Of a stretch of DNA of 64,000 nucleotides, positions 16,690-26,289 are shown in pieces. Position numbers and translations under genes: made by a program. Below the pieces are notes generated by a model. That model ran no database searches. It saw only the letters and a program-made list of their open reading frames with translations, and was not told the DNA's origin. How positions within the stretch are numbered: position 1 is the first letter of the stretch; each line of letters begins with the position of its first letter. The DNA is from an uncultured Gammaproteobacteria bacterium (GTDB lineage: Bacteria; Patescibacteriota; Microgenomatia; Levybacterales; GWA1-39-11): positions 374,572 through 438,571 of the forward strand of contig CAYVFE010000001.1 in assembly GCA_964450885.1 (NCBI GenBank), in the 5' to 3' direction.

Positions 16690-18921
16690 TTAAGCTGTTT
16701 TTTTACTTTTATCTTTTTTTCTTCTTTTCAAAAAAAAGAAAAGCCAAACAAATAGCAGACTAATGATAATTCCCAAGAGTAATGAGGTAATAATAGGAGC
16801 CCATGAGGATTGTTTCATTTCCACGGTGATCTTTATTGAATATTCGTCTTCACCTTCATCTAGCGTTATTTTTTGTGCAGTTTTATAGTTGTCATATGCA
16901 AGATATAGAGTGTGTTCTCCTGGTTCTACATCTGTAAATGTTACTTTGCCGTTTTCATCTGTTTTGCCATATTTTGGGTCAGAATGGAGTTCAACGTCAG
17001 CGTTGGCGAGTGGTTGACCTTCATTTTCGACGTATATAGTAACCGCATTCGTGAATTCTTTTATGCTGTTGCCTTCATCATCATGTGAATGGGGAAGGTC
17101 TTCATTATAGCTTTCACACGGAAATTCAAGTTTTGAGCCAACATTTAGAACTTCACCAATATTTGGATAATTTTCTATATTTAGGTCAATTATTTCTTGA
17201 AATTGCGATCCATCTCCAAAGGCTTCTGCTGCAAGTTTCCATAATGAATCACCAGATTCTACAACATATGAGCATTCTGAACTCAAGGGTGTTTCTATTG
17301 TGATGTTTGTAACTTCTAGTTGTTGTTCAGGAAGTAGGGGGATGTTTGAATTTATTTGCACTGTTGAGGTCGATTTAATATTTGACCAATCACCTGGCAT
17401 GCATCCGTTATCTACTCGAACTTTGAAGTAGTAGGTAGAATTGGATTCTAAGTGCGCTATTGTTACTGTCTGGACTCCTGAAGAGTCTCCGGAGTGATTA
17501 ATGCTGTGTTCTTCCGCGCTTTGATTGGTAGAGTAGCTAATGAAATAATTATTAAATCCTGGAACCGGAGCAAAGTGAATTGTAGCTTGATTCGACTTTG
17601 AATCTATTTGAAATAATTCCGGAGCTATTCCCTTTTCAGCGTTACAGTTAGCAGAGGCTTGTGGGATTGGAGTGCTGGGAGTAGATGTAGGTTGTTCTGT
17701 GTTAGTTGGGGCTGGTGTATTTGTTGGTGAAGGGGTAGGTGTCGGTGTGTTAATATTTAGAGTAATATTTTTTGTAGTAGCATTTCCTCCGTCATCAGCT
17801 GCTTGAAATACTATAACATATTGATTTCCTTGCATGGCTAGGGTTGGTGTAAAAGTCACCTCCATAGTTGACGTTGCATCTTCAGACGAGGCTGTGGTGC
17901 TCCATACGCTATCAGATGCTGAGGGGGGATTAATAACGCTAATTTCAGGAGAGTCCAATCCTATTTCCCAGTCAGGATCCTCAGCTGATAATTCAAATAC
18001 AAGTGTATTTTCTGGACCTATACTATAAGAGTTCTGTTCTGTAGTAATTGTGGGTGGTGCATCGCTTGAGTCTGAGATTCGAAGAACAAAATCTAGTGGA
18101 ACATATGACTTTACCTCCCCTTCACCATCAATATCCTCAACCATTACGGTTAGCTGCCATCTGTCTCCAATATTTGTAGCTAACGTTTCATCTCTAACAT
18201 CCCAACTAATATTTCCATCACTATCCATCGTAAGCCCCGTAGGCTTTGTGGCCTCACCCGACCCTGTATTGAAGAACTCAGGAATTGTTCCATATCGAAA
18301 CTGGACATCATCTCCATCTTTATCTACAGCGACAAGCTGGTATGAAAAAATTGCATCATCAGGGACCTGGACGACTGAAGCAACCGCACTGGCTGGTGAA
18401 TTATTTCCCGAATATTCACCACCTATATTTATTCTGGTCTCATTTCTCCAGGCAGAACCATCTAGATTTATTGCTGATTCTCGGGCACTACTTTCCCAAT
18501 AAGCGACATAAGTGCCATCGGTGGCATAAGTTTTTTCGAGACCTTCTGTATATTCTTCTTCGCCGGATTTTATACTTACAAGCTCTGTTTGGACATCATT
18601 GGTTGTGGTGTTTCGTGAGGTTACTCTAACTGCTGCATTAACAGAAGTTCCATCACCGAAGAATATTTGTACTTTGTTCGTTACAACTCCGCCTATGGGA
18701 GTTGCAGATGGGATATGACCATGAGTATTCGTCCATCCTATTTGTCCTTTAAGCAGGATCGTTCTATCTTCGCCTTCAACGCTTTCCCAGGATAAAGTTC
18801 CTGCTCTAAAATGATTTGCGGATGCAGGGCTTGCAATAAGAAAAGATACTAATCCCAGGAATAGAACAATTGAAAAAATACGAAAAATTTTCCATGACGT
18901 ATGGAATATAAAATCTTGCAT
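16690..18921 (-). CDS. Multidomain cell-surface protein (signal peptide, cadherin/Ig-like, PT linker, FN3, LysM, carboxypeptidase-regulatory-like, C-terminal TM)
   Basis: ASA|NHFRAGTLSW, AVDKDGD/AEDPD/AADDG motifs, TPTPTPSPT linker, FN3 (LESNSTYYFKVRVDNGCMPGDWS), LysM (YVVESGDSLWKLA), KTDENGKVTFTDVEPGEHTL, then TM plus KRRKK. Confidence 0.85.
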   Translation of the reverse strand: MQDFIFHTSWKIFRIFSIVLFLGLVSFLIASPASANHFRAGTLSWESVEGEDRTILLKGQIGWTNTHGHIPSATPIGGVVTNKVQIFFGDGTSVNAAVRVTSRNTTTNDVQTELVSIKSGEEEYTEGLEKTYATDGTYVAYWESSARESAINLDGSAWRNETRINIGGEYSGNNSPASAVASVVQVPDDAIFSYQLVAVDKDGDDVQFRYGTIPEFFNTGSGEATKPTGLTMDSDGNISWDVRDETLATNIGDRWQLTVMVEDIDGEGEVKSYVPLDFVLRISDSSDAPPTITTEQNSYSIGPENTLVFELSAEDPDWEIGLDSPEISVINPPSASDSVWSTTASSEDATSTMEVTFTPTLAMQGNQYVIVFQAADDGGNATTKNITLNINTPTPTPSPTNTPAPTNTEQPTSTPSTPIPQASANCNAEKGIAPELFQIDSKSNQATIHFAPVPGFNNYFISYSTNQSAEEHSINHSGDSSGVQTVTIAHLESNSTYYFKVRVDNGCMPGDWSNIKSTSTVQINSNIPLLPEQQLEVTNITIETPLSSECSYVVESGDSLWKLAAEAFGDGSQFQEIIDLNIENYPNIGEVLNVGSKLEFPCESYNEDLPHSHDDEGNSIKEFTNAVTIYVENEGQPLANADVELHSDPKYGKTDENGKVTFTDVEPGEHTLYLAYDNYKTAQKITLDEGEDEYSIKITVEMKQSSWAPIITSLLLGIIISLLFVWLFFFLKRRKKDKSKKTA

Positions 18922-19037
18922 TTTATATTTATATGCAATAAGTCAAATGAATGTCAACTTAAAACAACAAATCATGTGGAGCATGAGGTGATCCAGAATT
19001 CCTCAAAGCTGGAAATGTTTGTAGGTATAATTATGTG

Positions 19038-19108
19038 CTGCCGAGCAGGGATTTGAACCCCAATAAACGGATCCAGAATCCGTTGTCCTACCATTAGACG
19101 ACTCGGCA
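19038..19108 (-). tRNA. tRNA-Gln (CTG), no encoded CCA
   Basis: Acceptor TGCCGAG/CTCGGCA, anticodon arm ACGGA-TTCTGGA-TCCGT, T loop TTCAAAT. Confidence 0.95.
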
Positions 19109-19168
19109 ATGATAATCGATGTGTATATTCTACATGAAACAAGCTCAAATTGAAAGAATTATTGAGTG

Positions 19169-19245
19169 TTGACACATACCCTTAATTCCTATACACTAGC
19201 CTCAAACAGAGAGAACTTGACACTTAGCAACTCATCTGATACACT
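19169..19245 (+). promoter_or_regulatory. Two tandem sigma70 promoters for lon (each TTGACA-17-TACACT)
   Basis: TTGACA 19169 with TACACT 19192, and TTGACA 19217 with TACACT 19240. Confidence 0.7.
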
Positions 19246-19250
19246 GCTAA
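19224..19250. promoter_or_regulatory. CIRCE-like inverted repeat (candidate HrcA operator)
   Basis: TTAGCA-N15-TGCTAA, the same 27-bp span and outer arms as CIRCE (TTAGCACTC-N9-GAGTGCTAA); the inner triplets diverge. Confidence 0.6.
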
Positions 19251-19253
19251 TCC

Positions 19254-21650
19254 ATGACACCGAAAAGAACAGATTCTAACCCTCTTCGAGTCCCAGTAAT
19301 CCCTATTCGAGACGGTATAGTCTTCCCACATACCGAGTCAATTCTTACTTTTGGCAGAGAAAAAAGCCTGGCTGCTCTAGAGAATGCATTTACTGGAGAA
19401 AGACTTGTATGTTTCGTCCTTCAGAAAAATCCTAGACAGAACAATCCTGAGCTATCTGATTTATATCAGGTGGGAACGGTCGCCCATATCGAACGGATGA
19501 TAAGGTCCGATGGAGAGGTGAATGCGCTTGTAAAGGGTATCTCGAGAGCTAGAATTGTCAGTTATAACGAATCATCAGACTATCTCGAAGCACTCATTGA
19601 TGAGGTAGATGAAATGTCTCTTGCGGGCGAGGAGATGACAGCGCTCATAAATCACGTAACATCCCTATTTAAAAAATCACTAAGTCTGGGTAAACAGGCT
19701 GATTTTCTGGTATTTATGAATATCATGTCAGATATAAATCCAGCAGAACTGGCTGACCAGGTGGCTTCTACTTTGGACATAAAAGGAAGCGAGAGGCAAG
19801 AGATTCTCGAGATCTTTGATGTCAAAAAGCGACTCGAAAAGGTGTCTGAGTATTTGTCACGAGAAGTAAAGGTTCTCGAGCTTGAAAGACGGATCGCGAA
19901 TAGAACACAGGAAAAGCTGGAGAAGTCCACAAAAGATGCTATTTTGCGGGAAAGAATGAAAAGCATCGAGAAGGAACTGGGGGAAAGTGATGAGGCTGGA
20001 GAGATAAAGGAGCTTTTGGGAAAGATAAAGAAAGCTAAAATGCCCGAGGATGTCGAAGAAAAGGCCAGAAAAGAGTTGAAAAAGCTACAACAGCTGACTC
20101 CCTACAACCCGGAAACAGGATATATAAGAAATTACCTTGAGACGCTAGTGGCGCTTCCATGGAGTGAGAAAAGCAAAAATGAAGTAAAGCTAAAAGATGC
20201 CGAGAAGATACTTGATGAAGGACATTATGGTCTTAATAAGGTCAAAGAAAGAGTCATCGAATATCTGGCAGTCCACAAATTGTCAGGCAAGATGAAAGGC
20301 CCAATCCTTTGTTTTAATGGTCCTCCTGGAGTAGGAAAGACATCTATCGGAAAAAGTATCGCAAAATCATTGGGCCGAGAATTCGTAAAGATGTCGCTAG
20401 GTGGTATCCGTGATGAGGCAGAAATACGAGGACATAGGAGAACTTATGTTGGTGCCATGCCAGGCAGGATTATTCAGGGTATAAAAGACGCGAAGACGAA
20501 TAATCCTGTATTTATGTTAGACGAGATAGATAAAGTAGGAGCGGACTATAGGGGTGATCCGTCTTCTGCACTTCTTGAAGCGCTAGATCCAGAGCAGAAC
20601 AATGAATTTTCAGATCATTATCTGGAAGTGCCTTTTGATCTGTCAGATGTAATGTTTATAACTACTTCAAATCTTTTGCATACGATTCCGCCAGCGCTTC
20701 GCGATAGACTCGAGATAATCAACTTCGCTGGATATACGAGCGATGAGAAGTTCCATATTGCCAGAAAATATCTGGTTAAAAAACAACTCGCAGCAAATGG
20801 TCTAAAACCTGGGAATGTCGAGATAAGTGATAAAGGTCTGCAGTATATAGTCCAGCGCTACACCAGGGAATCAGGGGTCAGAAGTCTGGAGCGTGAGATA
20901 GCAAAAGTATTTCGAAAGATCGCACGAAATGTAGCGGAAGGAAAGAAGAAAAAGATACTGGTTACCGAGAAAAATGTACGAAAGTTTTTGGGTCCGGAAA
21001 AGTTTAGTTCGACACTCGCTGAAAAGAAAAACGAAATCGGTATGAGTACGGGGCTTGCATGGACCGAGGTAGGCGGAGAGATACTCTTTATCGAAGTAGC
21101 TCTTATGAAAGGAAAAGGACAGCTGGTTCTTACTGGTCAGCTGGGGGATGTCATGAAGGAATCTTGTCAGGCCGCGATGACGTATATCAGGTCACGAGCG
21201 AATAAATTCGGGCTAGATGAAGATTTTTATAAAGACCTGGATGTGCATGTTCATGTGCCGGAGGGAGCCGTGCCCAAAGACGGTCCGTCAGCAGGGGGAG
21301 CTATAACTACAGCTATAGTGTCGGCCTTGACGAAAATTCCGGTCAATAGAATGGTAGGCATGACAGGTGAAGTTACCCTGCGAGGGAGAATCCTTGAGAT
21401 AGGCGGAGTAAAAGAAAAAGTTATCGCAGCTCACCGTGCAGGGATTAGAACACTGATATTACCTAAGGAAAACAGAAAGGATCTTGAAGAGATTCCAAAA
21501 GAAGTCGCAAAGGATCTCAGATTCGTATTTGCATCTCACATGGATGAAGTCTTGAAAGAGGCCCTTATAAAACCTATCGAAGGACTCAAGCAGATCCGTG
21601 GCGAGAAAGAGACTAAATTAAAGACCCCGCAGCCGATCGCCGCTGATTAG
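19254..21650 (+). CDS. lon: ATP-dependent protease La
   Basis: LON N-domain, GPPGVGKT, RGHRRTYVGAMPG, catalytic PKDGPSAG and GGVKEK. Confidence 0.97.
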   Translation: MTPKRTDSNPLRVPVIPIRDGIVFPHTESILTFGREKSLAALENAFTGERLVCFVLQKNPRQNNPELSDLYQVGTVAHIERMIRSDGEVNALVKGISRARIVSYNESSDYLEALIDEVDEMSLAGEEMTALINHVTSLFKKSLSLGKQADFLVFMNIMSDINPAELADQVASTLDIKGSERQEILEIFDVKKRLEKVSEYLSREVKVLELERRIANRTQEKLEKSTKDAILRERMKSIEKELGESDEAGEIKELLGKIKKAKMPEDVEEKARKELKKLQQLTPYNPETGYIRNYLETLVALPWSEKSKNEVKLKDAEKILDEGHYGLNKVKERVIEYLAVHKLSGKMKGPILCFNGPPGVGKTSIGKSIAKSLGREFVKMSLGGIRDEAEIRGHRRTYVGAMPGRIIQGIKDAKTNNPVFMLDEIDKVGADYRGDPSSALLEALDPEQNNEFSDHYLEVPFDLSDVMFITTSNLLHTIPPALRDRLEIINFAGYTSDEKFHIARKYLVKKQLAANGLKPGNVEISDKGLQYIVQRYTRESGVRSLEREIAKVFRKIARNVAEGKKKKILVTEKNVRKFLGPEKFSSTLAEKKNEIGMSTGLAWTEVGGEILFIEVALMKGKGQLVLTGQLGDVMKESCQAAMTYIRSRANKFGLDEDFYKDLDVHVHVPEGAVPKDGPSAGGAITTAIVSALTKIPVNRMVGMTGEVTLRGRILEIGGVKEKVIAAHRAGIRTLILPKENRKDLEEIPKEVAKDLRFVFASHMDEVLKEALIKPIEGLKQIRGEKETKLKTPQPIAAD

Positions 21651-21671
21651 CCAGATTCTTACGTTATTCTG

Positions 21672-22817
21672 TTAGGGAGTAGCAGGATATATGGGTGCAG
21701 CATTGAAATTCGGGGATAAGATTAAATTATCCAACTTATATTTTCCTCTATCAATCTTTCTCCTGCATTCTTTTACTATAATTCCTGTAAGCTGTTTAGT
21801 CATCGCTTCATCTTCTTTTTGACCTTCTCCCCAGTATATTCCCGGATTTATATTTCCTTCTAGAAGGTAAGCGTTACCATTGTTTGACACGATAAAATCC
21901 AGCGTGTAAAGCGCGTTTTTGCGATCCAGCTTTTTGACAATTTTATCTCCTGTTCTAATAACCAACTCGGGAATATCTTTTTCAGTTAGATACTTAACAG
22001 TCCCGCCCTGATGTTCATTGCATCTGAAATCATTTTTTTTCGCCGTTCGGACATAAGCTTGTACTATTTTCCCCTGACTATATATAATCCGAATATCAGT
22101 TGCAGTAGAGGATTTTTTATAACTATATCCTTTGTCAAACTCTATGAATGGCTGTAGTAAAAAGCTCTTATTTTTGTGTTTATTTAGGATCGAGAAAATC
22201 TTTTTAGCGTGATTTGAATCGACCTTAAAAATATTTCTACCTCCTGCACCTAATCTGTCTTTTATGATCAGTGACTTTTTGAAATCGTTTGAATTTGGAT
22301 GAATCTTTATGAGTTCTTCTAATTTATCTAAAGCGCTAAACACTGCAGGAAGAGAAGAGTCGACTATCTCTGCAGTTGGAATAGTAAATTGAGTAAGTTT
22401 TTCATACGTTTTGAATTTGTCGTCAAAAAGCTTATGCAGTATAGAGTCGTTGAACGGACTAACTCCTGTATGACGTTTAAAAAGTGACTTTGCATCACGG
22501 GAGAATAGTCCATATGGAGAGAATTTATCAAAAACGAGTTTAGCGTAACAATTTCCTATAGTTTTTGACCATTTGTTATTGGAAAATTCCCAGTAGCTTT
22601 TGCATATCCCATTTTCCATAATATCGGATGTCGTGGTAAATGCGGCCGAGATTTTATTTTTGTTACAGCTCTCCAGAAAGAATGAATATGCTCTATTGTA
22701 CTGGTTCATGCCTTTTAAACGAGAAAAGGGCACAGCGGCATTTGTATTTAAAGAAGCACTCGTTGCTATATTTTGATTATAGACAACAAGTACATCAAAT
22801 TGATGTGTACTTTTCAT
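21672..22817 (-). CDS. ATP-grasp domain protein (RimK/YheCD-like)
   Basis: DDKFKTY, IIKDRLGAGGRNI, LLQPFI, DIRI, FRCNEHQGG, LDFI and LLEGNINPG. Confidence 0.82.
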   Translation of the reverse strand: MKSTHQFDVLVVYNQNIATSASLNTNAAVPFSRLKGMNQYNRAYSFFLESCNKNKISAAFTTTSDIMENGICKSYWEFSNNKWSKTIGNCYAKLVFDKFSPYGLFSRDAKSLFKRHTGVSPFNDSILHKLFDDKFKTYEKLTQFTIPTAEIVDSSLPAVFSALDKLEELIKIHPNSNDFKKSLIIKDRLGAGGRNIFKVDSNHAKKIFSILNKHKNKSFLLQPFIEFDKGYSYKKSSTATDIRIIYSQGKIVQAYVRTAKKNDFRCNEHQGGTVKYLTEKDIPELVIRTGDKIVKKLDRKNALYTLDFIVSNNGNAYLLEGNINPGIYWGEGQKEDEAMTKQLTGIIVKECRRKIDRGKYKLDNLILSPNFNAAPIYPATP

Positions 22818-22982
22818 AGATAGGGGCGTGCGATATAGGAGTTAATTCTAGTAGAAGAAAAGAACTAAATATTACATAACACTATAACCAGTATAGCACC
22901 TTATAGGATAAATAGCGAATAAGCCCTTATTTATTTAAATATTTATAATTTAGCCTATCCTAAATAAGAGTATAATATCGAT

Positions 22983-23498
22983 ATGTTTAACGACGAGGAA
23001 TCTTTGCTTAAATCAGGAGAGAGTGTAAGCCTTTATGATGAATCTTATGGACAAAAAAAAGCTCAGGAGGAGAACAAAAAGAGTGAATCTAGTGGCTTAG
23101 GCGAGCTAACTAAAGCCTCTGATAAAATTCTTTTCAGAACAAAAACCGTATTCCCCTTTACTTTTTTCCCAGATACTTTGATAGTGGACTACCAAAAAAT
23201 AAGCATAATAAAGAAAAAATTTTTCATGTCCCAGAAAATTGATAGCATAAATCATAATGATGTGCTGCATGTCGAGGTAGACACTGGGCCTCTGTTTGCG
23301 ACACTTCGCATAACGACTAAATACTTTTCAGAAAAGCCTATCCGGATACAATACCTTCCGAAAAGCCCTGCAATTAAGGTAAGGGATCTGCTTCATGGTC
23401 TGATATCTGCCCGCCAGGAGGATATTTCATTTAGTGAGGTGGATGGCAAAAAACTTTCTAAAAAACTCCAAAGGATAGGGAAAGTCGAGGTAGAATAG
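22983..23498 (+). CDS. Hypothetical protein, possible bacterial PH-like domain
   Basis: FPFTFFPDTLIVD...GPLFATLRI beta-rich core; TATAAT lies 6 nt before the ATG. Confidence 0.7.
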   Translation: MFNDEESLLKSGESVSLYDESYGQKKAQEENKKSESSGLGELTKASDKILFRTKTVFPFTFFPDTLIVDYQKISIIKKKFFMSQKIDSINHNDVLHVEVDTGPLFATLRITTKYFSEKPIRIQYLPKSPAIKVRDLLHGLISARQEDISFSEVDGKKLSKKLQRIGKVEVE

Positions 23499-23509
23499 CA
23501 GGGAATTAT

Positions 23510-24202
23510 ATGCAAATAGAAAGGGAAACTGAGCTTTATAGGCTTTCTTCAAATATTGATGAGTTAGTAGACTCGCGTGAGACGCATTTTGCAGAATTAG
23601 ATGAATCTACCCGTTACCTTGATGGACTCAAAGGATACTGCAATCGAGTTATTGATATCGAATATATAATGGCACTTGAGCCTGATGTGACATTTGGAGA
23701 TTTTATGGAGGGAGTAGATTTTGTGAGTACCGAGACCGATTATGCGGGTCTTCATGTAACTGATCCTAATTGGTATGAGGAGGGGGGTTATAGGACAGGT
23801 GCGATAGAGCCGAAATTTTTTAAAAAACTTGAGGGTTATTTTAGAAGGCAGGGGGTACTTCAAGATGACCAAGCTCTAGGCCCCATAGTTCATTATACAA
23901 TTTCGTCTACGGGTAATGATTATGGAAGCGAAAGGCCTTGCATGATGATAAATGTGTCAGGCGGTGAAAGAGAGGATTGGGGACAATTTATCACCTGTTG
24001 GCTAGAAAGTGGCTATAGGCCCTTTAATCTAGATAAGGATCTTAGAGCAATTTCTGAGTTAAAGAAAATGGCAAGAGACGTGGGCAAGCAAGAGATCACG
24101 CCTGAAGAGAGTTGGGCAGCATATAGGGAAAGAGAGAGGGTAAGAAAAGAGAAAAAAAAATTTGTGACCCCACCGGAAGTCGAATCCGGGTCTCTTGGAT
24201 GA
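23510..24202 (+). CDS. Hypothetical protein; 3' end runs antisense into tRNA-Glu
   Basis: 230-aa acidic ORF with no recognised motif. Confidence 0.65.
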   Translation: MQIERETELYRLSSNIDELVDSRETHFAELDESTRYLDGLKGYCNRVIDIEYIMALEPDVTFGDFMEGVDFVSTETDYAGLHVTDPNWYEEGGYRTGAIEPKFFKKLEGYFRRQGVLQDDQALGPIVHYTISSTGNDYGSERPCMMINVSGGEREDWGQFITCWLESGYRPFNLDKDLRAISELKKMARDVGKQEITPEESWAAYRERERVRKEKKKFVTPPEVESGSLG

Positions 24203-24237
24203 GAACCAAGTGTCCTAGGCCACTAGACTATGGGGCC
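24165..24237 (-). tRNA. tRNA-Glu (CTC), no encoded CCA
   Basis: Acceptor GGCCCCA/TGGGGTC, anticodon arm CTTGG-TTCTCAT-CCAAG, T arm CCGGA-TTCGACT-TCCGG. Confidence 0.95.
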
Positions 24238-24329
24238 GAAAGCATTTCAGCCTAGATATTATAGGAAATTATAGTGTACTAAGCAAATAATAATTTCAAA
24301 TAAGACTATTATTTCTGTATAATAATCAC

Positions 24330-25085
24330 ATGAATAAATTTCTCCTGTCGGTTGTTATCCCTTCATATAACGAAATGGCAAATCTTCAGAAAGGGACTTT
24401 AGATAAGGTCATGGGTTACCTTTCTCGTCAAAAGTATGACTTTGAGGTCATAGTGGTCGATGATGGGAGTAACGATGGAAGCCGCGAGTTCGTAGCAAAT
24501 TTCGTAAAGCAGAACAAAAGGGTAAAGTTGATAGAGGGCAGACATAGTGGTAAGGCTGGGGCTGTTACGCAAGGTGTTTTAGCGGCGAAAGGAGATTTTG
24601 TTCTTTTTACAGATATGGATCAGGCAACGCCGATAGAGGAGGTAGAAAAACTTCTCCCGCAGATAGAAAAAGGATACGATGTTGTCATAGGGTCCCGCGA
24701 AGGACAAAGAAAAGGAGCGCCACTAACACGAAAGATAATGGCAAGAAGCATGGTTTTTTTGAGGTCTGTTATAGTAGGAATCCCTAATATAAAAGATACT
24801 CAGTGTGGATTTAAGTTATTCAAAAAAGAAGCTGCAAGAGAAATCTTCAGTAAAGTAAAAAAAGTCCATAACGGATTTAAATCTATTAAAGGATCATCTG
24901 TTACAGCTGGCTTTGATATAGAAGTTTTATACATAGCAGAGCAAATGAATTACAAGATTAAAGAAATTCCCGTTACCTGGTTATATGTCGAGACCCGCCG
25001 GGTAAGCCCCGTAAAAGATTCTATCGAGGGAGTTTTCGATCTTCTGCATATAAAACGCAATATTATTTCGGGAGTCTATAAATAA
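24330..25085 (+). CDS. GT2 polyprenol-phosphate sugar synthase (ALG5/DPM-like)
   Basis: VVIPSYNE, DDGS, GKAGAV, FTDMD, DTQCGFKLF and GFDIEVL. Confidence 0.9.
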   Translation: MNKFLLSVVIPSYNEMANLQKGTLDKVMGYLSRQKYDFEVIVVDDGSNDGSREFVANFVKQNKRVKLIEGRHSGKAGAVTQGVLAAKGDFVLFTDMDQATPIEEVEKLLPQIEKGYDVVIGSREGQRKGAPLTRKIMARSMVFLRSVIVGIPNIKDTQCGFKLFKKEAAREIFSKVKKVHNGFKSIKGSSVTAGFDIEVLYIAEQMNYKIKEIPVTWLYVETRRVSPVKDSIEGVFDLLHIKRNIISGVYK

Positions 25086-25086
25086 T

Positions 25087-26253
25087 ATGCTAAAAAAAAT
25101 AATTCTTCCACTTTGGATTATAGGAGGAATTTTCTTACTTTTGTATTCGTTCACTCAGGTCGATCTTTCTCTCACGCTTTCTCAAGCATCATTTATTCAG
25201 GATGTGCAGAAGGGATTTCAACATATAGGCTGGTTTAGCCGTCCACTCTCTACATATTTATATATAGGAACTATCATTTACTTATTTTCTTTGTTTGTTA
25301 TTACTATATACAACATATCTAAAAAGAGACTAACTAGTAAAACATTATGGATGATGATTATTATAGTCACGATAATACTTATCCCTTCATATAACGCGTT
25401 CTCTTATGATCTTTTTAACTATATTTTCGACGCTAGGATAGTGAGTCATTACAACCTAAGTCCATACGAATTCAAGCCCTTGGATTTTCCAGGAGATGCT
25501 ATGTTGTCTTTTATGAGATCTACTCATAGGGTATATCCATATGGTCCTACATGGCTTGGTTTTACTGTTCCATTAACTTATGTCGCGAGCGAAGTATTTG
25601 TCATAAGCCTTGCTCTTTTTAAAATCATGAGTGCTGCCGCATATCTTGGCACATGCTACTTCATAAAGAGAATCGCAGAAAATTTAAAAATAAAAAACCC
25701 GAACATGGCACTCGCGTTATTTGCGCTAAATCCACTTGTCATTATTGAAGGAATAGTCTCTGCACATAACGAAATAGTTATGATGTTTTTTGCAGTCTTG
25801 GCTTTTTATCTGTTATTCAAAAAGAGGAGGACATATTCACTGATAAGTCTAGCTATTTCTATAGGTATAAAATATGCGACAGCTATTTTTCTGCCCGTTA
25901 TCTTGGCTAAAATATTCTATAGAAAGTTAAACAACGAGCGAGTAATCCTATTTTCGGTTATACTTTCTGCTGTCGCTATAGCTGCGACTTCTCTTGCGTC
26001 AGGTCCTAATAAAAATCCAGAATTTCAGCCATGGTACCTGCTGATCGCAGCGCCGATTGTTCCATTATATGAAAATAAAATGGTAAGGATTATGTTTGTA
26101 GGTCTTTCATTTACGGTGCTTTTTTCTTATATTCCATTTCTATTCAACGGAATGTGGCCTGAGAATATTGTAAATCTTAAAAATATTCTAGTTCTGTTAG
26201 GAATATCGGGAGGAGTTGTAGGTTATTACATAATAAAGTTGTGCAGGCCATAA
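25087..26253 (+). CDS. GT-C membrane glycosyltransferase (MptA/B-like)
   Basis: Multi-TM with SYDLFNYIFDARI, PYGPTW, LNPL...AHNE, IKY and QPWY motifs. Confidence 0.7.
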   Translation: MLKKIILPLWIIGGIFLLLYSFTQVDLSLTLSQASFIQDVQKGFQHIGWFSRPLSTYLYIGTIIYLFSLFVITIYNISKKRLTSKTLWMMIIIVTIILIPSYNAFSYDLFNYIFDARIVSHYNLSPYEFKPLDFPGDAMLSFMRSTHRVYPYGPTWLGFTVPLTYVASEVFVISLALFKIMSAAAYLGTCYFIKRIAENLKIKNPNMALALFALNPLVIIEGIVSAHNEIVMMFFAVLAFYLLFKKRRTYSLISLAISIGIKYATAIFLPVILAKIFYRKLNNERVILFSVILSAVAIAATSLASGPNKNPEFQPWYLLIAAPIVPLYENKMVRIMFVGLSFTVLFSYIPFLFNGMWPENIVNLKNILVLLGISGGVVGYYIIKLCRP

Positions 26254-26289
26254 TTGCATGACCATTTGATGCAAATGTATAATTAAACG

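Noticed and set aside
17670-17750. Low-complexity GGT/TGT-rich stretch that might suggest a repeat array
   Set aside because: It simply encodes the Pro/Thr linker of the surface protein; there is no repeat-spacer structure.
18974-19005. Possible decayed tRNA fragment or att remnant (TGTGGAGCATGAGGTGATCCAGAAT), sharing GATCCAGAAT with the adjacent tRNA-Gln and resembling a tRNA-Ala 3' end on the minus strand
   Set aside because: The match is only ~10 nt, there is no intact T-loop or cloverleaf, and no integrase is nearby; compatible with chance.
18972-19175. 67-aa ORF spanning tRNA-Gln
   Set aside because: Explained by the tRNA gene; no coding features.
22818-22982. Possible RiPP precursor next to the ATP-grasp gene
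   Set aside because: No credible small ORF; the gap is AT-rich, divergent-promoter-like sequence.
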